Assembly: GCF_036321535.1 (NCBI RefSeq) | Contig: NC_087438.1 | Coordinates: 1,242,001 to 1,306,000, forward strand | DNA length: 64,000 bases | Source: Camelus dromedarius | Taxonomy: Eukaryota | Direction: 5' to 3' | Part shown: positions 12,623 to 23,424 of the stretch, piece after piece | Numbering within the stretch: the stretch's first letter is position 1 | Layout: every line of letters begins with the position of its first letter | Notes under the pieces: generated by a model | Database searches by the model: none | Seen by the model: only the letters and a program-made list of their open reading frames with translations | Told to the model about the DNA's origin: nothing | Program-made: the position numbers and the translations under genes

Positions 12623-13696
12623 AGGTGCCTATTCCACACCACCTCGGGTCCAGCCTTTGGTCCAAGGATCCAATCCCAGCCTTTTCCAAGCTCCTCGCCA
12701 GCTGCATCCTCCTCTTGCAAGGACGCCTGTGGGTGGTGCACATCCTTGTCCCCGGCCACCTTGGCACCCTGCAACCCACCTCAGCCGATGTGATGTGGAG
12801 CGTCCTGCAGCGGGGAAGCATTGCTTCCAAGCACTCCCCACCTGGGCTGGGCTCTTATTCAATCTGCGCAGAGTTTCTTTGCTATTAGCAGAGGGATCCT
12901 TCTAGAAGATCCAGGACTTGACATATTCTGTGTGTGGCAGTAATGAAGAGATGCCCCCAAAGGGCTAGCTGCAGGTGGACACACCCTCCCCTCCTCCCAC
13001 CCAACCCCAGAGGAGGTGGAGCTGTGAACTGAGGGTCCTCAAGGTCGCTGCTAACTCCGGGGCTATCCCCGCCCTACGTCATTTGCCTCCTCCCACCCCC
13101 GGGCAGCCAACAGAGGTACATTTGCCGTGCTGTGCAGAGACTAGGGGTGTGTGCAGATGGTCTGTGATTCGATCTGAACAGCACGCTTCCTGTGCCATGC
13201 AGGTGTACATCATGCTCTGAGCCGGTAGATCTGAGCCCACGGACGCCACCTGCCCTACTGCCTCCCTCCACCCTCGCGTCCTTCTTTGCGCGTCCCAAGA
13301 GAATCCGTCTGCCTGGATCATGCGTGCGTGAGAGCATGATGAGTGATGCTCTTACTCTGCAGGGGAGACCCAGGAGGATTTCAGCCTCATGCCCACGTCA
13401 TCCAAGCCCTGGACGCATCATTTCTCCAAAAGCTGTCTCCCTGTCTCGGCTTCCTAGACGTTCCCTTTTCTGTCCTCCTCTGACCTGGCTGATAGCAGCG
13501 GTCCACCCATGCTCTCCAAATCCCACTCCTTTTTTATGCAGAGACATTTATGGGATGCTAGCTTGCATTTTCACACCCAGGGATTCAGCAAAAATAGGCA
13601 CTAACAAAAGCAGAGAGACAAAAAACACCAGCTAAGACATCTCCGGTTAGAAGGCTCTGTGGGTGGAGATAATATGTTGCTTCTGTGTCCTGTGTC

Positions 13697-14019
13697 TTTA
13701 GAGAGACGAGAGAGAGAATTTAAGAAATTAACGTATGCAATGCTGGAGGCTTAGAGAGTGTAAAATCTGCAGGGTGGGCCAGCAGGCTGGAGACTCAGGG
13801 CAGAGATGCACTTCATCTTCTGGGAGGTTAGACTTTGTTCTCTCCAGGCCTTCAACTGATTAGATGAGGCCCACCCATATTAGGCTTTATTCAAAGTCCA
13901 CCAATTTTAATGTTAATTTCACTCAAAAAACACCACCATAGAAATATTCACAAAAATACTTGACCCCATATCTGGGCTCCATGGCCCAGCCAAGATGACA
14001 CATGAAACAAACTATTGCA
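13697..14019 (-). mobile_element. ERVL MLT2 (MLT2C/D-like) LTR
   Basis: AGGCCTTCAACTGATTAGATGAGGCCCACCCATATT and ATATCTGGGCTCCATGGCCCAGCCAAGATGACACATGAAA are reverse complements of hallmark MLT2 5' LTR sequence; (GA)n remnant at the other end. Confidence 0.85.
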
Positions 14020-15449
14020 GGAAGACTGGGGCACATGCTTAAGCTGACCCCATGGTGCTTTACATACATGTGGCTCTCCTGGCGTTGTGGCAGAGGGTTG
14101 CCAATGAAAGGCTCATTCAGGGCACTGCTCTCAGCCCTGCTGAACTTCCAGCCCGCACCCCTCACCCACATTGCATCCAGTGCTCCTGCGTCACACAGGT
14201 GAGCATTACCCGTGGGGGAGGGGGGCGGCCTTGAACGCTGAAGCATCACTGGGCAGAACAGGCCCTGGGCCCACCCTTCCCGAGCCCTGGAACTCAGGCA
14301 GGACGCTCCCAGATCCCAACATAATCTATGTTTTGTAATTAGACCTAAACTCTTTTGCTTGTCATGCAGGCTTTTCCAGAGACTTGGTCTTTTTATAGCA
14401 TTTTTAAAAAGTTTGATTTTAACTGACTGAAGAGGCGCACATGGAGAAGGGGCCCAGGGCTTGATGCACGCTGCAAAGAGGTGGTTGTCCCTCTCCCAAC
14501 GCAGCCTGGAAGACGGGCGCAGACGTGTACCCCCATCGGGCTGGTTCTGCCCCCCACGGCGTCACTGTCTTCCTTTCCAGGGTGGCTGCCATGCGTCCGG
14601 GGCGTCCGGGCCATCCGGTTCCCGCTGGACCAGTTGCAGAAGGGGGGCGGCTTCCTCTGCTCTGCAGGAGCGGCTGGAATGCCCTGGGTAAGTGTTATTG
14701 ATTTCAGAGCAGCAGGCTTATTTCTTGGCAGCATGATTGCATTTCTAGCCAGTTCCCATTGAATTAATTTTTGTTGTTCTGTGTTTGAAGTTCAGACGGG
14801 AATAATTGGCCTGCAAAGGACTCCTTGCCTTCCCGCCGAGTGATGAAGCTGGAGGCAGGCACCTCCCCGCCTCTCCAGGGAAAGGTTGGTTTTGAAGCCT
14901 TTTGCGATTTCCAGGAGACCGTTCTGACTCTGCCTGCCGCCAGCGGTGGACGAGGCAGGATGGCAGGTGGACACTGCGCTGCTGATCTCCAGCTGTTTGT
15001 GGCCCGAGAGGAGGCAGCTCGGGGGGACCCTACGCCCTGTGTGGGGGAGGTTTGCCGCCTTTGATTCCCCTGAGATCCAGTGCTTTGGGTCTGCAGTGTG
15101 AGCTGGAGACCAGGGCGTCGTGAAATTCCACTTTCCAGACCTCACAGCCTCCCTGGTCTGCGGACCTCCCCAGTCACCCGCTCACAGGCTGCACTTCAAA
15201 GCAGCCAGCTCCTCTGATCCCTCCTGCTCCTGCTTGGCTTTGTTTTCATTCTCTGCTGCTTTCAGATCAGGCCTTGGTGCTACCTGTGCTCAGAGATGTC
15301 GGGACTTCCTCTCTCCGTCCTCACGTGACATGGGGATGCCCTGGACTTGGGGGCACCTCCTGTGCTCAGGGGCCAGACTCCTTGGCCGGGCAGGACAGCC
15401 CCTGGTGAGCACGGTGGTCGGTGTGACAGTCGGTAGTTTTGTGACTGTA

Positions 15450-15535
15450 ACTCGATCTACCTCACAAGGCTTCTGGGGAAATAAATGAGGTAACGTGCAG
15501 GGCTCTCTGGGCGCCTGGGAGCGCTGCACGGATGC
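15450..15535 (+). mobile_element. MIR 3' fragment
   Basis: TCTACCTCACAAGGCTTCTGGGGAAATAAATGAGGTAACGTG vs MIR CCTACCTCATAGGGTTGTTGTGAGGATTAAATGAGATAATG. Confidence 0.6.
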
Positions 15536-16552
15536 TGGCCGCTCTCACTGTCAGTGACGTGTGCACGGCCGGTGGGGGGCCAGGCACTGCCCTCTCCATT
15601 TCCCTTGGGTCTGTTTCCTACTGAGGTCAAAGCACTGGGTGTGTGATGGGGCACTGGAGGCCACGTACGTACCTGCCGGTGTCCACAGCTCACCAGAGCC
15701 CCTAACCCGCTCCTCTCTATTTGCAGAGATTCAAAGAGAAGCCACAGCCTTTTCAAAACATTGAGCATTGAGCTGATAGTTTAGAAATCAGTCGTTTTCT
15801 CATTGAAAATGGAGGGGTCCTGGCTGGGGGCTTGGACGTAACACTGTTTTATCTGCAGCCCAGTTTTAAACCAGTCATACTGCAGTGGTACATGGCCCAG
15901 GGTCTTGGTACCAAGGTTCAGGGATTCTCCTGGGCGGTGTCTGCAGGGCAGGGGGCAGCGGGCAGGGAGGGGAGCTGAGTGGTCTGGACCCTCGCTTCAT
16001 CCCACAGTGGCCGGGAGGAGTTCTCCGCGGGTGTGTGGAAGCTGGTGAGGATGAATGCGGGGAAAGTCAGTGTGAGAGCGGTCCTAGCCAGGGAGGGCTG
16101 GGGCCACGGGGGGCTCACTGCTGGCTGGTGTCCTGGGAGCTGATGGGGCAGGAGGTGTTTCAGGGCCCACGGATCTTGTTTGTTTTGGTGCCTGAACTTT
16201 CTGGAAATTGAATTCATTATAAATGCCTACAACACGTGCCCGTCTTTTAATCCAGTTGTAATTCTGCTGAACTTCCGTGCGGTTAACCCCACCTCCCCTC
16301 CTGTGCTGACGAAATCAGGTGAAGAGGCTTCTAGTGAAAACTCATTTTGGTTTCCGGAAAGAGCAGGCTCAGCCACGGGGAAAGCGGGTGAGCGGCTCAC
16401 CTCCTGTCTGCTGACTGTCCGGCCTCTGAGAGCTGCCTCGCCTGCAGGAGGCCGGGGGGCCCCACGAACGCAGATCCTCCCCCACTTCTGGTCACATCCC
16501 CCGACTCTGCGACTGAGCGGAAACCGCGCGATCCGCTGCCGAAGCGAACGCG

Positions 16553-16586
16553 GGTGCCATCTAGTGGCAACGTGATTGAACTGCAG
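16553..16586 (-). promoter_or_regulatory. CTCF binding site with upstream (ZF9-11) motif
   Basis: Minus strand reads CTGCAGTTCA-ATCACG-TTGCCACTAGATGGCACC: core CCASYAGRKGGCR plus the TGCAG upstream module at the known 5-6 bp spacing; CpG-rich flank. Confidence 0.75.
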
Positions 16587-17104
16587 ACACGTGTTCCCTG
16601 GGCCCTAGAGCCAGACTCACTGGCTCACTCATTCATTCTTTCAACAGGTGCTGTTCCCAGACTTTACCTGGAAAGATAACGGTCATCACAGATTTATTAT
16701 GACTAAGCTCTTAGAAGCTAGACATTCCTAAATTTTTCAGATGGAAGCTTCCAGTCCAGCGCCTCATCCAAACTTTGCATCTTGACTGCAGTGTCCTCCC
16801 TGGGCAGCCGTCCAGCGTCTCTGTGAGCCCCCCCGGTGGCAGCGAACTCACCTGATCATTTCCACTCCATAGGGTCACGCCGAGGCTGGGAAGGCGCTGG
16901 ACCATTTGGCCGACGCCCTCAGTGTGCAGGTGGGAGGAAGAGGAGCCCGAGTGGCCCTCGGGCAGTGAGTCCGAGTCAGACTAACCCTGGGCTCTCCTCG
17001 TGTGACCCGCCGGGCTTCCTCTGGCAACACTTAGTAGACTTCTCCTTCCTCCCTTTTTTCCTCCCTTTCTCCCTCCTTCCCTTCATCACCTTTTCTCTCC
17101 TCTT

Positions 17105-17250
17105 CCTTCCTTTCCTCAACAAATGTTTCCACCTCCCCACTTTATTTACCAGACACCATGCAGAGTAAATGCGAACCACTTTAGGGGCTTGGGAGCAGTC
17201 TTCCTCGTGGGGAACGTGGTCCGTGGACAGGCAGTTACAGGGCCCTTTAA
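17105..17250 (-). mobile_element. L2 3'-end fragment, preceded by a pyrimidine-rich tract (17039-17116)
   Basis: TTCCTCAACAAATGTTT...CCAGACACCATGC resembles the antisense L2 terminus. Confidence 0.45.
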
Positions 17251-17294
17251 AACAAAATAGAGGACAGGCAGTGAGGAAAGCGGTGTGATAACTG

Positions 17295-17460
17295 CCCACA
17301 GGGTCAGAACTCAACCCAGAGTGGCTTAAACAAGGAAACAAGACTGGCTCATAGCCTGGGGAGCCCAGGATGGATGGCCCAGGAGCCTGGACTATGTCAA
17401 CAGGGTCCTTTCTCTTCATCTCTTGGCCCTGCTTCCCTCTCTGTGCTGGCTACTTTCTCC
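17295..17460 (-). mobile_element. MLT1K/J-like LTR fragment
   Basis: CAGAACTCAACCCAGAGTGGCTTAAACAAGG...TGGCTCAT...CATCTCTTGGCCCTGCTTCCCTCTCTGTGCTGGCT matches the antisense 3' part of old MLT1 LTRs. Confidence 0.6.
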
Positions 17461-17468
17461 CCCCAACA

Positions 17469-17471
<3 letters not shown>

Positions 17472-17517
<46 letters not shown>

Positions 17518-17522
17518 GTGTG
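17472..17522. repeat. (GT)n microsatellite, ~25 units with one interruption
   Basis: Directly visible. Confidence 0.97.
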
Positions 17523-18389
17523 GAGGCAGCAGCCCAGGAGGGTGTGGCCACAGACGGAGCTGAAGCTGGAGGGAGAAAGCTCACCTCTCCTAAATTTGCA
17601 CTGTAATCCCAAGAAAGGACCAGCAGAACTGGCTGGGTTACAGTCCACCCAGAACCAAGACTGTGGAAGGTCTGAGGGGGTCTTGGCTACCTCTGAGATA
17701 GCTCAGGTCTTGGCTACCCCTCCGCCCATCTCTGAGGCCAGGAGGGGTGGGCGCTGTGCCTGGCACCCCTACCAGCACACCGTGATGGTATGGGGAGGGC
17801 AGTTCACTGAAAGGCAGGGTGTCGGGCAGATGCAAAGGCTGGTGCTGCTTTAGGCACTCAGAGAAAACATCCGGGAGCAAGGAAGGCCAGACTCGGGACC
17901 GGAATGAGGTTGTCTCAGCCAAGAGAACTGGGCATGGGGGCGGAAAATCGTGTTCTGGCTGGGGAGCAGCACACGTCAAGGCCAGGAGGGTGCAGGGGAC
18001 ACTTGGGCCGCTGCGTGGGCTCTCACAGGATTCAGGAACATGGCCGAGCTCAGGCTGAATGAAAACAGGGGCTTCGTGGTCCAGGGTATGCATCTGAGAC
18101 TTTATTCAGGGGTAACTTGGGGCCACAGGCAGGTTTTAAGTACAAAAGTGATCTGTTTAGATTTTGATCTTACAAAGATATTTGTGGTCGGCTGCAGGAA
18201 GAACTGAGCAAGTCGCTGGCAGCAGCATGGCCAGTCCAGAGGCAATAATCCAGGATGGGAAGGGTGCGGCTGCACCAGGATGTCGCCTGAAGTTCTGACT
18301 GATAAGAGGCTCACGTTACTCGTCCCACATTTCTGGGCCAGAGAACTCAGGATGCACATGCCCGGGCCCCCTGGAGGGGCTCCATCATG

Positions 18390-18470
18390 GGGCCTCAGTT
18401 CCTCATGTGAAATGAAGGCATTGGAATCGAGAACTTCAGAGAACCCTTCCCTTCTGAAATCCTGTATTTC
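18390..18470 (+). mobile_element. MIR3/MIRc fragment
   Basis: GGGCCTCAGTTCCTCATGTGAAATGAAGG...CCCTTCCCTTCTGAAATCCTGTATTTC vs MIR3 GGGCCTCAGTTTCCTCATCTGTAAAATGAGG...CCCTTCCAGCTCTAAAATTCTATGATTC. Confidence 0.7.
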
Positions 18471-19019
18471 ATATTACATCATTAAAAGTGGGCAAGGATC
18501 CCTGTTCCTCTGCCCAAAGGAGGACAGAGTGGAGATGTGCTCACAGGTCAGGCCTCCCTTCTGCTCTCTCTGTAAAACCACTGAAATGCCATTTCCACAA
18601 CATTAGTTTCCCACCAGTTCCTTTGCACTGAAATGTGCTGAATGTAATCGGTGTTTGAACTTAACTCTGCGCATCTCACAGCAACTCCTGGTGCAGAAGC
18701 ACCCAAACGCGTGTGCTCTCTTACCCGGGGACCCGCACGTGCCGGGACTGCAGACGCTCAGAGCCTGCCCCCACAGACCTGCTCCTCCTCAGCTCATGGC
18801 ATCCGGCCGCAGAAGGCGGCTGCAGAGGCTGGTCGCTCTTTCCCCAGCCCTGGAGTGTGCGCAGTGACCTCCCCCACTGCGGGAGAGGCCAATGGCAAAT
18901 GGTGAACTTTGAGCAGGGGAGGAGGGGACACGTTCACTTTCCTTGTCTCTGCATTTACTTCCAAGCTCTGCTTTGGGACTGGAAGATGAATTCTCCAAAT
19001 GCCGAGTTCTTAGATTAAA

Positions 19020-19560
19020 TGTTGTGTTTTTAAATCAAAAGTAAGCAAATCCCATGTAATGTGCCTGACGTGTATTTATTACAACGTTCTTTAGAAGCAA
19101 TTTCCATCCTGATATGCCATGCCTGGATTATTATTAAAGAGTTAAGAAAAATGGAGAGAAGGGGATCAAGATTCTATTTTTCGGAGACGTAACTACAAAA
19201 CGAATGGTGCATTATAAGAACACGAACACTGAGAAAGAATAGGGCTTAAACTATTAAACAGATAGATGTCAATTGTCAGCGGCTGCGGCTGGTTTCGCTA
19301 ACACCCCCATCATCAAAATTATACAGCTGGAGCCGCGCACACCGTGGTTGTAAAACCTCTGGATGGGAAGGCTTTTATAGGCTGTAGGGAAATAAATCCA
19401 TTTGGAAATAATGCACATGATAATATGATTAACTCTTACTTTTATAGCTGAAAAACATACAATGGAATCAGAGGATATTATCATAAACAACCATGAACCT
19501 CCCACCTTAAATGAGCAAGTGCAAACGTTTGCGTGGACTTTTCAATTTATTGGCACAAGG
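19020..19560. promoter_or_regulatory. Candidate conserved developmental enhancer
   Basis: ~540-bp AT-rich block with no recognisable repeat, in GC-rich surroundings. Tandem MEIS-type TGTCA sites (19267-19278), TTTTATAG x2, TTTATTGG and TGATTAAC. Confidence 0.5.
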
Positions 19561-20559
19561 AAAACCTCACAGATGGAAGCCGGTGCCCTGGCCCCCCTCA
19601 GAGCTGTGCTGAGCCCTCCTCCCTGCGCGAGCCTCCTGGTGCTTGGCGTGTGCACGGCCCACGTCCTCATCTTGTACACGTGCGTACCTCTACTCTGCAC
19701 ACGTACTCTTCACTTGAATAGCTTGCACGTCCGCACGTGGGTAGTATGTTCTGGACTTCGCTCTTTCTAGAACCCCCATGGAGCACGGAGCACCTAGGAA
19801 GACACCCCGATGGGCTTAGCCGTCCGCACACTGGAGAGCACGCGGGATTGTGCAGGCTTCCTGGGCCGTGCAACGAACGGCCACCAACCAGGAAACGGAG
19901 CAAGGGTTCATCGCCTCACGGTCCAGAGGGCAGCGTCCGCCGCAAGGTGTCCCGCGGAGGGGTCGGTCCTGGTGCGTCCAGGGGGCCGGCTGGCATCGGC
20001 CTCACTCCAGGCTGCCCCCACCCTCGTGTGGCCCCTTCTACGGGGGTCTGCCCCAGACCTCCTTCGCCTGCCTCCCGCACGGACACACGAGACTGGCCTG
20101 GGGCCCCTGGACCAGCCCGAATGACCTCCTCCCCTGAAGGCCCTGAACTTGGCCTCCGTTCCCCACGTAGGAGGCGATGTCACTCATTCTCCACGTGAGG
20201 CAAGGCCCGCAGCCTCCGGGTCGAGGTGACCGTGTCTCGGCGGGGCGCTGTCCAGGCGGTCTCAGGCTGTCTCTCTCGGGATCCGACAACCGTTCTGTGG
20301 GGACTATCATGGGTGGGACGTGCAGCCAAGTAAGGCTTTCCTTGGGGGGCTGCCCTGGGGTTGGGACGGCCGAGTTGGCGTGCTGCTGGCTGTCCCCACC
20401 CCCGCGCCCCCACAGCGGCCATGAGCCCCCGTCCTCGCCCACATCCAGCTGACAAACTTGAAAACCTTCACCAGTATCACGGTTCAAGTGCCACTTCGTC
20501 TGGAAAGGACCGCTCCCCCTTATTTCTAGACAAGTGTGGCGTGTTTCCTGCTCGGGGCG

Positions 20560-21055
20560 AGGTCCCTGCACTTTTCTTATTGGTCTCTAGAGAGTTCTTC
20601 ACCTATTTCGGGTATTAATCTGTTTCGTCTGTTGTATACGATAAAACAACTCTCAGGGTATCACTTCTTTAAAACTTTGTTTAAATTTTTTTTTTTTCTA
20701 AAGCTGAAGGGGCCCCACACCAGCCCCCTTGGAAGGAAGTTCTCGAATCTCAGCTCCACTCAGTGCAGGTGACCTTTGGGTCCAAGGTTCAGTAGCCAAT
20801 GGAGCAAACGGCTGGAGGCACCCCAGGGACGTAAGTGACCCTGTGAACTCCGGACTTCTGCTCGGTGCCCCATGTCAATTTATTTGTTCAATTTTCACAT
20901 TATATTCCTTCTACCTTGATGAGACATCCAGGGATCTGTTCCCAATCTTATTCTATAGGTTTCTGTTACTATAAATTATGAAATATTACAAATTAGAAAT
21001 CTACAGGTTTCTGTTCATATAAATTAGCAAGAGCTTGTGATTCTTTCTGTGTGCA
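20560..21055 (-). mobile_element. Old L1M ORF2 fragment, interrupted at ~20686-20845
   Basis: GAGAGTTCTTCACCTATTTCGGGTATTAATCTGTTT vs antisense L1 GGAGTTCTTTATATATTCTGGATATTAATCCCTTGT; AT-rich continuation at 20870-21050. Confidence 0.5.
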
Positions 21056-21209
21056 GGCCACCCCGTGAGAGGGCACACTCCGTGCTCACGCCCGTATGGC
21101 CAGCTCATCTTTCCAAGCCTGTCCTGCTGCCCAGCAGTGACCCAGACCTGCGTGAGCTCCTATCGCTGCAGGAACACCAGCGGGGGGAGGTCTTGAGGAG
21201 AATCAGGGT

Positions 21210-21750
21210 CCCCTTCAGGTCAAGATCTCAGGAGAGATTGTCACAGGTTTTTTGGGCAAGGGGAGACTGACCCCTCTCGGGGGGGGGGTTATGCAAAGGA
21301 ATTTTGGCAGAACGTGGGCGATTGAGTTTACAGCCTCATCAGATTCTGCCCCAGTGTCCCCACTCCAAGTTTCCGGGTCCACACCCCTCCTGGCCAATGT
21401 CCTGCATTTAATATGACACCTTCACAAGTCGTGCACTCAATTTTGTGCTGTCATTTTTCCCTTTGCAGAATTAGCCTGTGGGCTTGGTTTGCAGAAGGTG
21501 CGACTTTATAGTTGCAAAGGACACACCCGGATGGTGCTCACAGAAACTTTCTCACTCCTCACCTGGTCTTCGAGCTGGACATGCACAGCCGTGGGCTTAT
21601 CATTCTTCTCCGCCAAGCTCTCCAGCAGGTGTAAGAAGCTTCCAAGACACCTCATAGCCCCTTGGGTCTTACTTCCACCAGAATGTTCTGAGTGAGCTGT
21701 GTCCACACCCAAGGGTCCGGTGGTGGCCCTGGGGCACTGTTGTCAGCTGG
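21210..21750 (-). mobile_element. ERVL / MaLR-internal gag-like fossil (frameshifted)
   Basis: Minus-strand peptides LESLAEKNDKPTAVHVQL (ORF 21506..21712) and GVDPETWSGDTGAESDEA (ORF 21215..21397) resemble ERVL gag segments LESLxKENDKLRALNSQL and EWDPETWNGDIWxDxDEA, in the correct order. Confidence 0.7.
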
Positions 21751-22179
21751 ACGCAGTCCAAAGACAAAGCAGGTGCACAGAGCAGAGGGTGGAGGAGCTG
21801 GACACCCTCTGAACTATTCACCGAACTGTTGCTGTTAAGCAGCAAGTCACTCTTCTCGATAAATCTGACACAGCCCATGTGAAAACTAGGCTGTAGAGAA
21901 GGGCTGTGGGTTAGCTTCTCGCAAACCAGCTCACTTTCAAATGTGTCCTTTTCCATCTGAGTTTCCCTCCATGTTACTCTGTCGCACAACAACTCAGCCA
22001 CGTGAATGTTCTGAAGTTAACAAAACGCTAAAACTATCCCGCCTTCCTCAGGAAAGAGTAGCAACTCTTCAAGTGAACGATGCAGGCAGCGTAAGGATGT
22101 TTCTCAAGTAAAAGCTGCACGACACAATGGCGTGTTTCCTCATGTCCTTCGAGGAAGCCTGCCAGACCGTCTGTCAGAG

Positions 22180-23110
22180 AGTGCGCCGTGTGGCTCCCGT
22201 GTGTGGAGACGCAGCGCCCGGTCACCGCGGCCACACGTGCCGCCCGCGCAGCAGAGCCTGCACGGGGAGGTGCGTCGCCCGGTCTACGTGAGGACTCGCC
22301 AAGGCGATTCTTGGGTCTTAGAGGCGTGTTCTTTTTTATTTTCATAAAAAAGACCCCAACTCAAAGCCTCAGCAGGGGCGGCAGGTCACGGCGCCCGGGC
22401 GCACGGCGCTCTGCGCTGGGGACGCTGCGCGGGCCTCGGGGCGGCCGGCCTCGTGCCGCACGGACACAGGCAGCGACCGCCCCTGCAGTCGGGGCCTGGT
22501 CGATAAAGTTATCACGTGGTTACCACCAGCCGGCCCTTCATTATTCAGCGCCACCTCCGGGGCTGCCTGCGGACGGGACGCTGCGCCTCATCTGGGGGGG
22601 GGGGTGGCCCGGAGTTGGCAGGAGGGAGTGCGGGGACGGCGATCAGGGCGCCATGAATAATTGAGCTTTAATAATTTTCGCTGCATTTAGAAATCATTTC
22701 CCACACTTGTTACATGGCCAGAGTGCCTACGGCCACAAAGCCGTACGGCGGAGCCGGGCCGCGGAGCGAGGACGGGCGGCGGGGCGCCCGGGAGGGGGCA
22801 CGCGGGGAGGCCGAGGCGGCGGGGGCCGCGCCGTCAGCGAGGGGCTCTTCCCCGGACCGAGAGCAGGCTGGGCCGGGCTGCCTCTAGGACCACTTTACTG
22901 CTCGTTTTCATTACAAGGGCAGTATTTTAATTATGAAGGCAATGCTTACTCACTGTAAACAAACTTTAAAAGAAAGTAAAAAAGCCCATGAAACAAGACA
23001 GGTCAATACCCGCGCCTCTCCTGGGGTCTCCACCTTGGAGACGCAGAAGGGAGCACCGCTCCGCGCTGAGTCCAGGTGTCGGGGCTGATGGCACTGCACA
23101 ACCGAGACGG
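22180..23110. promoter_or_regulatory. CpG island with embedded AT-rich conserved-looking cores
   Basis: Very dense CpG at 22390-22480 and 22740-22870, alternating with AT-rich cores at 22652-22715 and 22890-22990; no associated coding exon seen. Confidence 0.75.
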
Positions 23111-23424
23111 GCGGCTTGAAAGGGTTTCCTTATTCCAAAATGAGGCCTCTGGGGAGAGCAGAGGAGACTCCCCCACTGGCCTGAAAACGGCCTGAGAGGG
23201 CACAGAGAGGGGTTTGCACATGCTTGAGGGCGGCGGGCCGCGGGTTCCCACACCTGGGCAGGGGCGAGCGGTCGCAACCTCCCACTGGTGCCAAGGTGGG
23301 CAACAGCCAGGCTGTCTTATCAGCTTGGCCACGTGGGGCAGAAGGGAGAAGGGGAGAGGAGAGGCTTAAGGCATAAACATTGAAAATGGAGTCATATTCT
23401 TTATTCTGCTTCTTTGGTCCTCTC

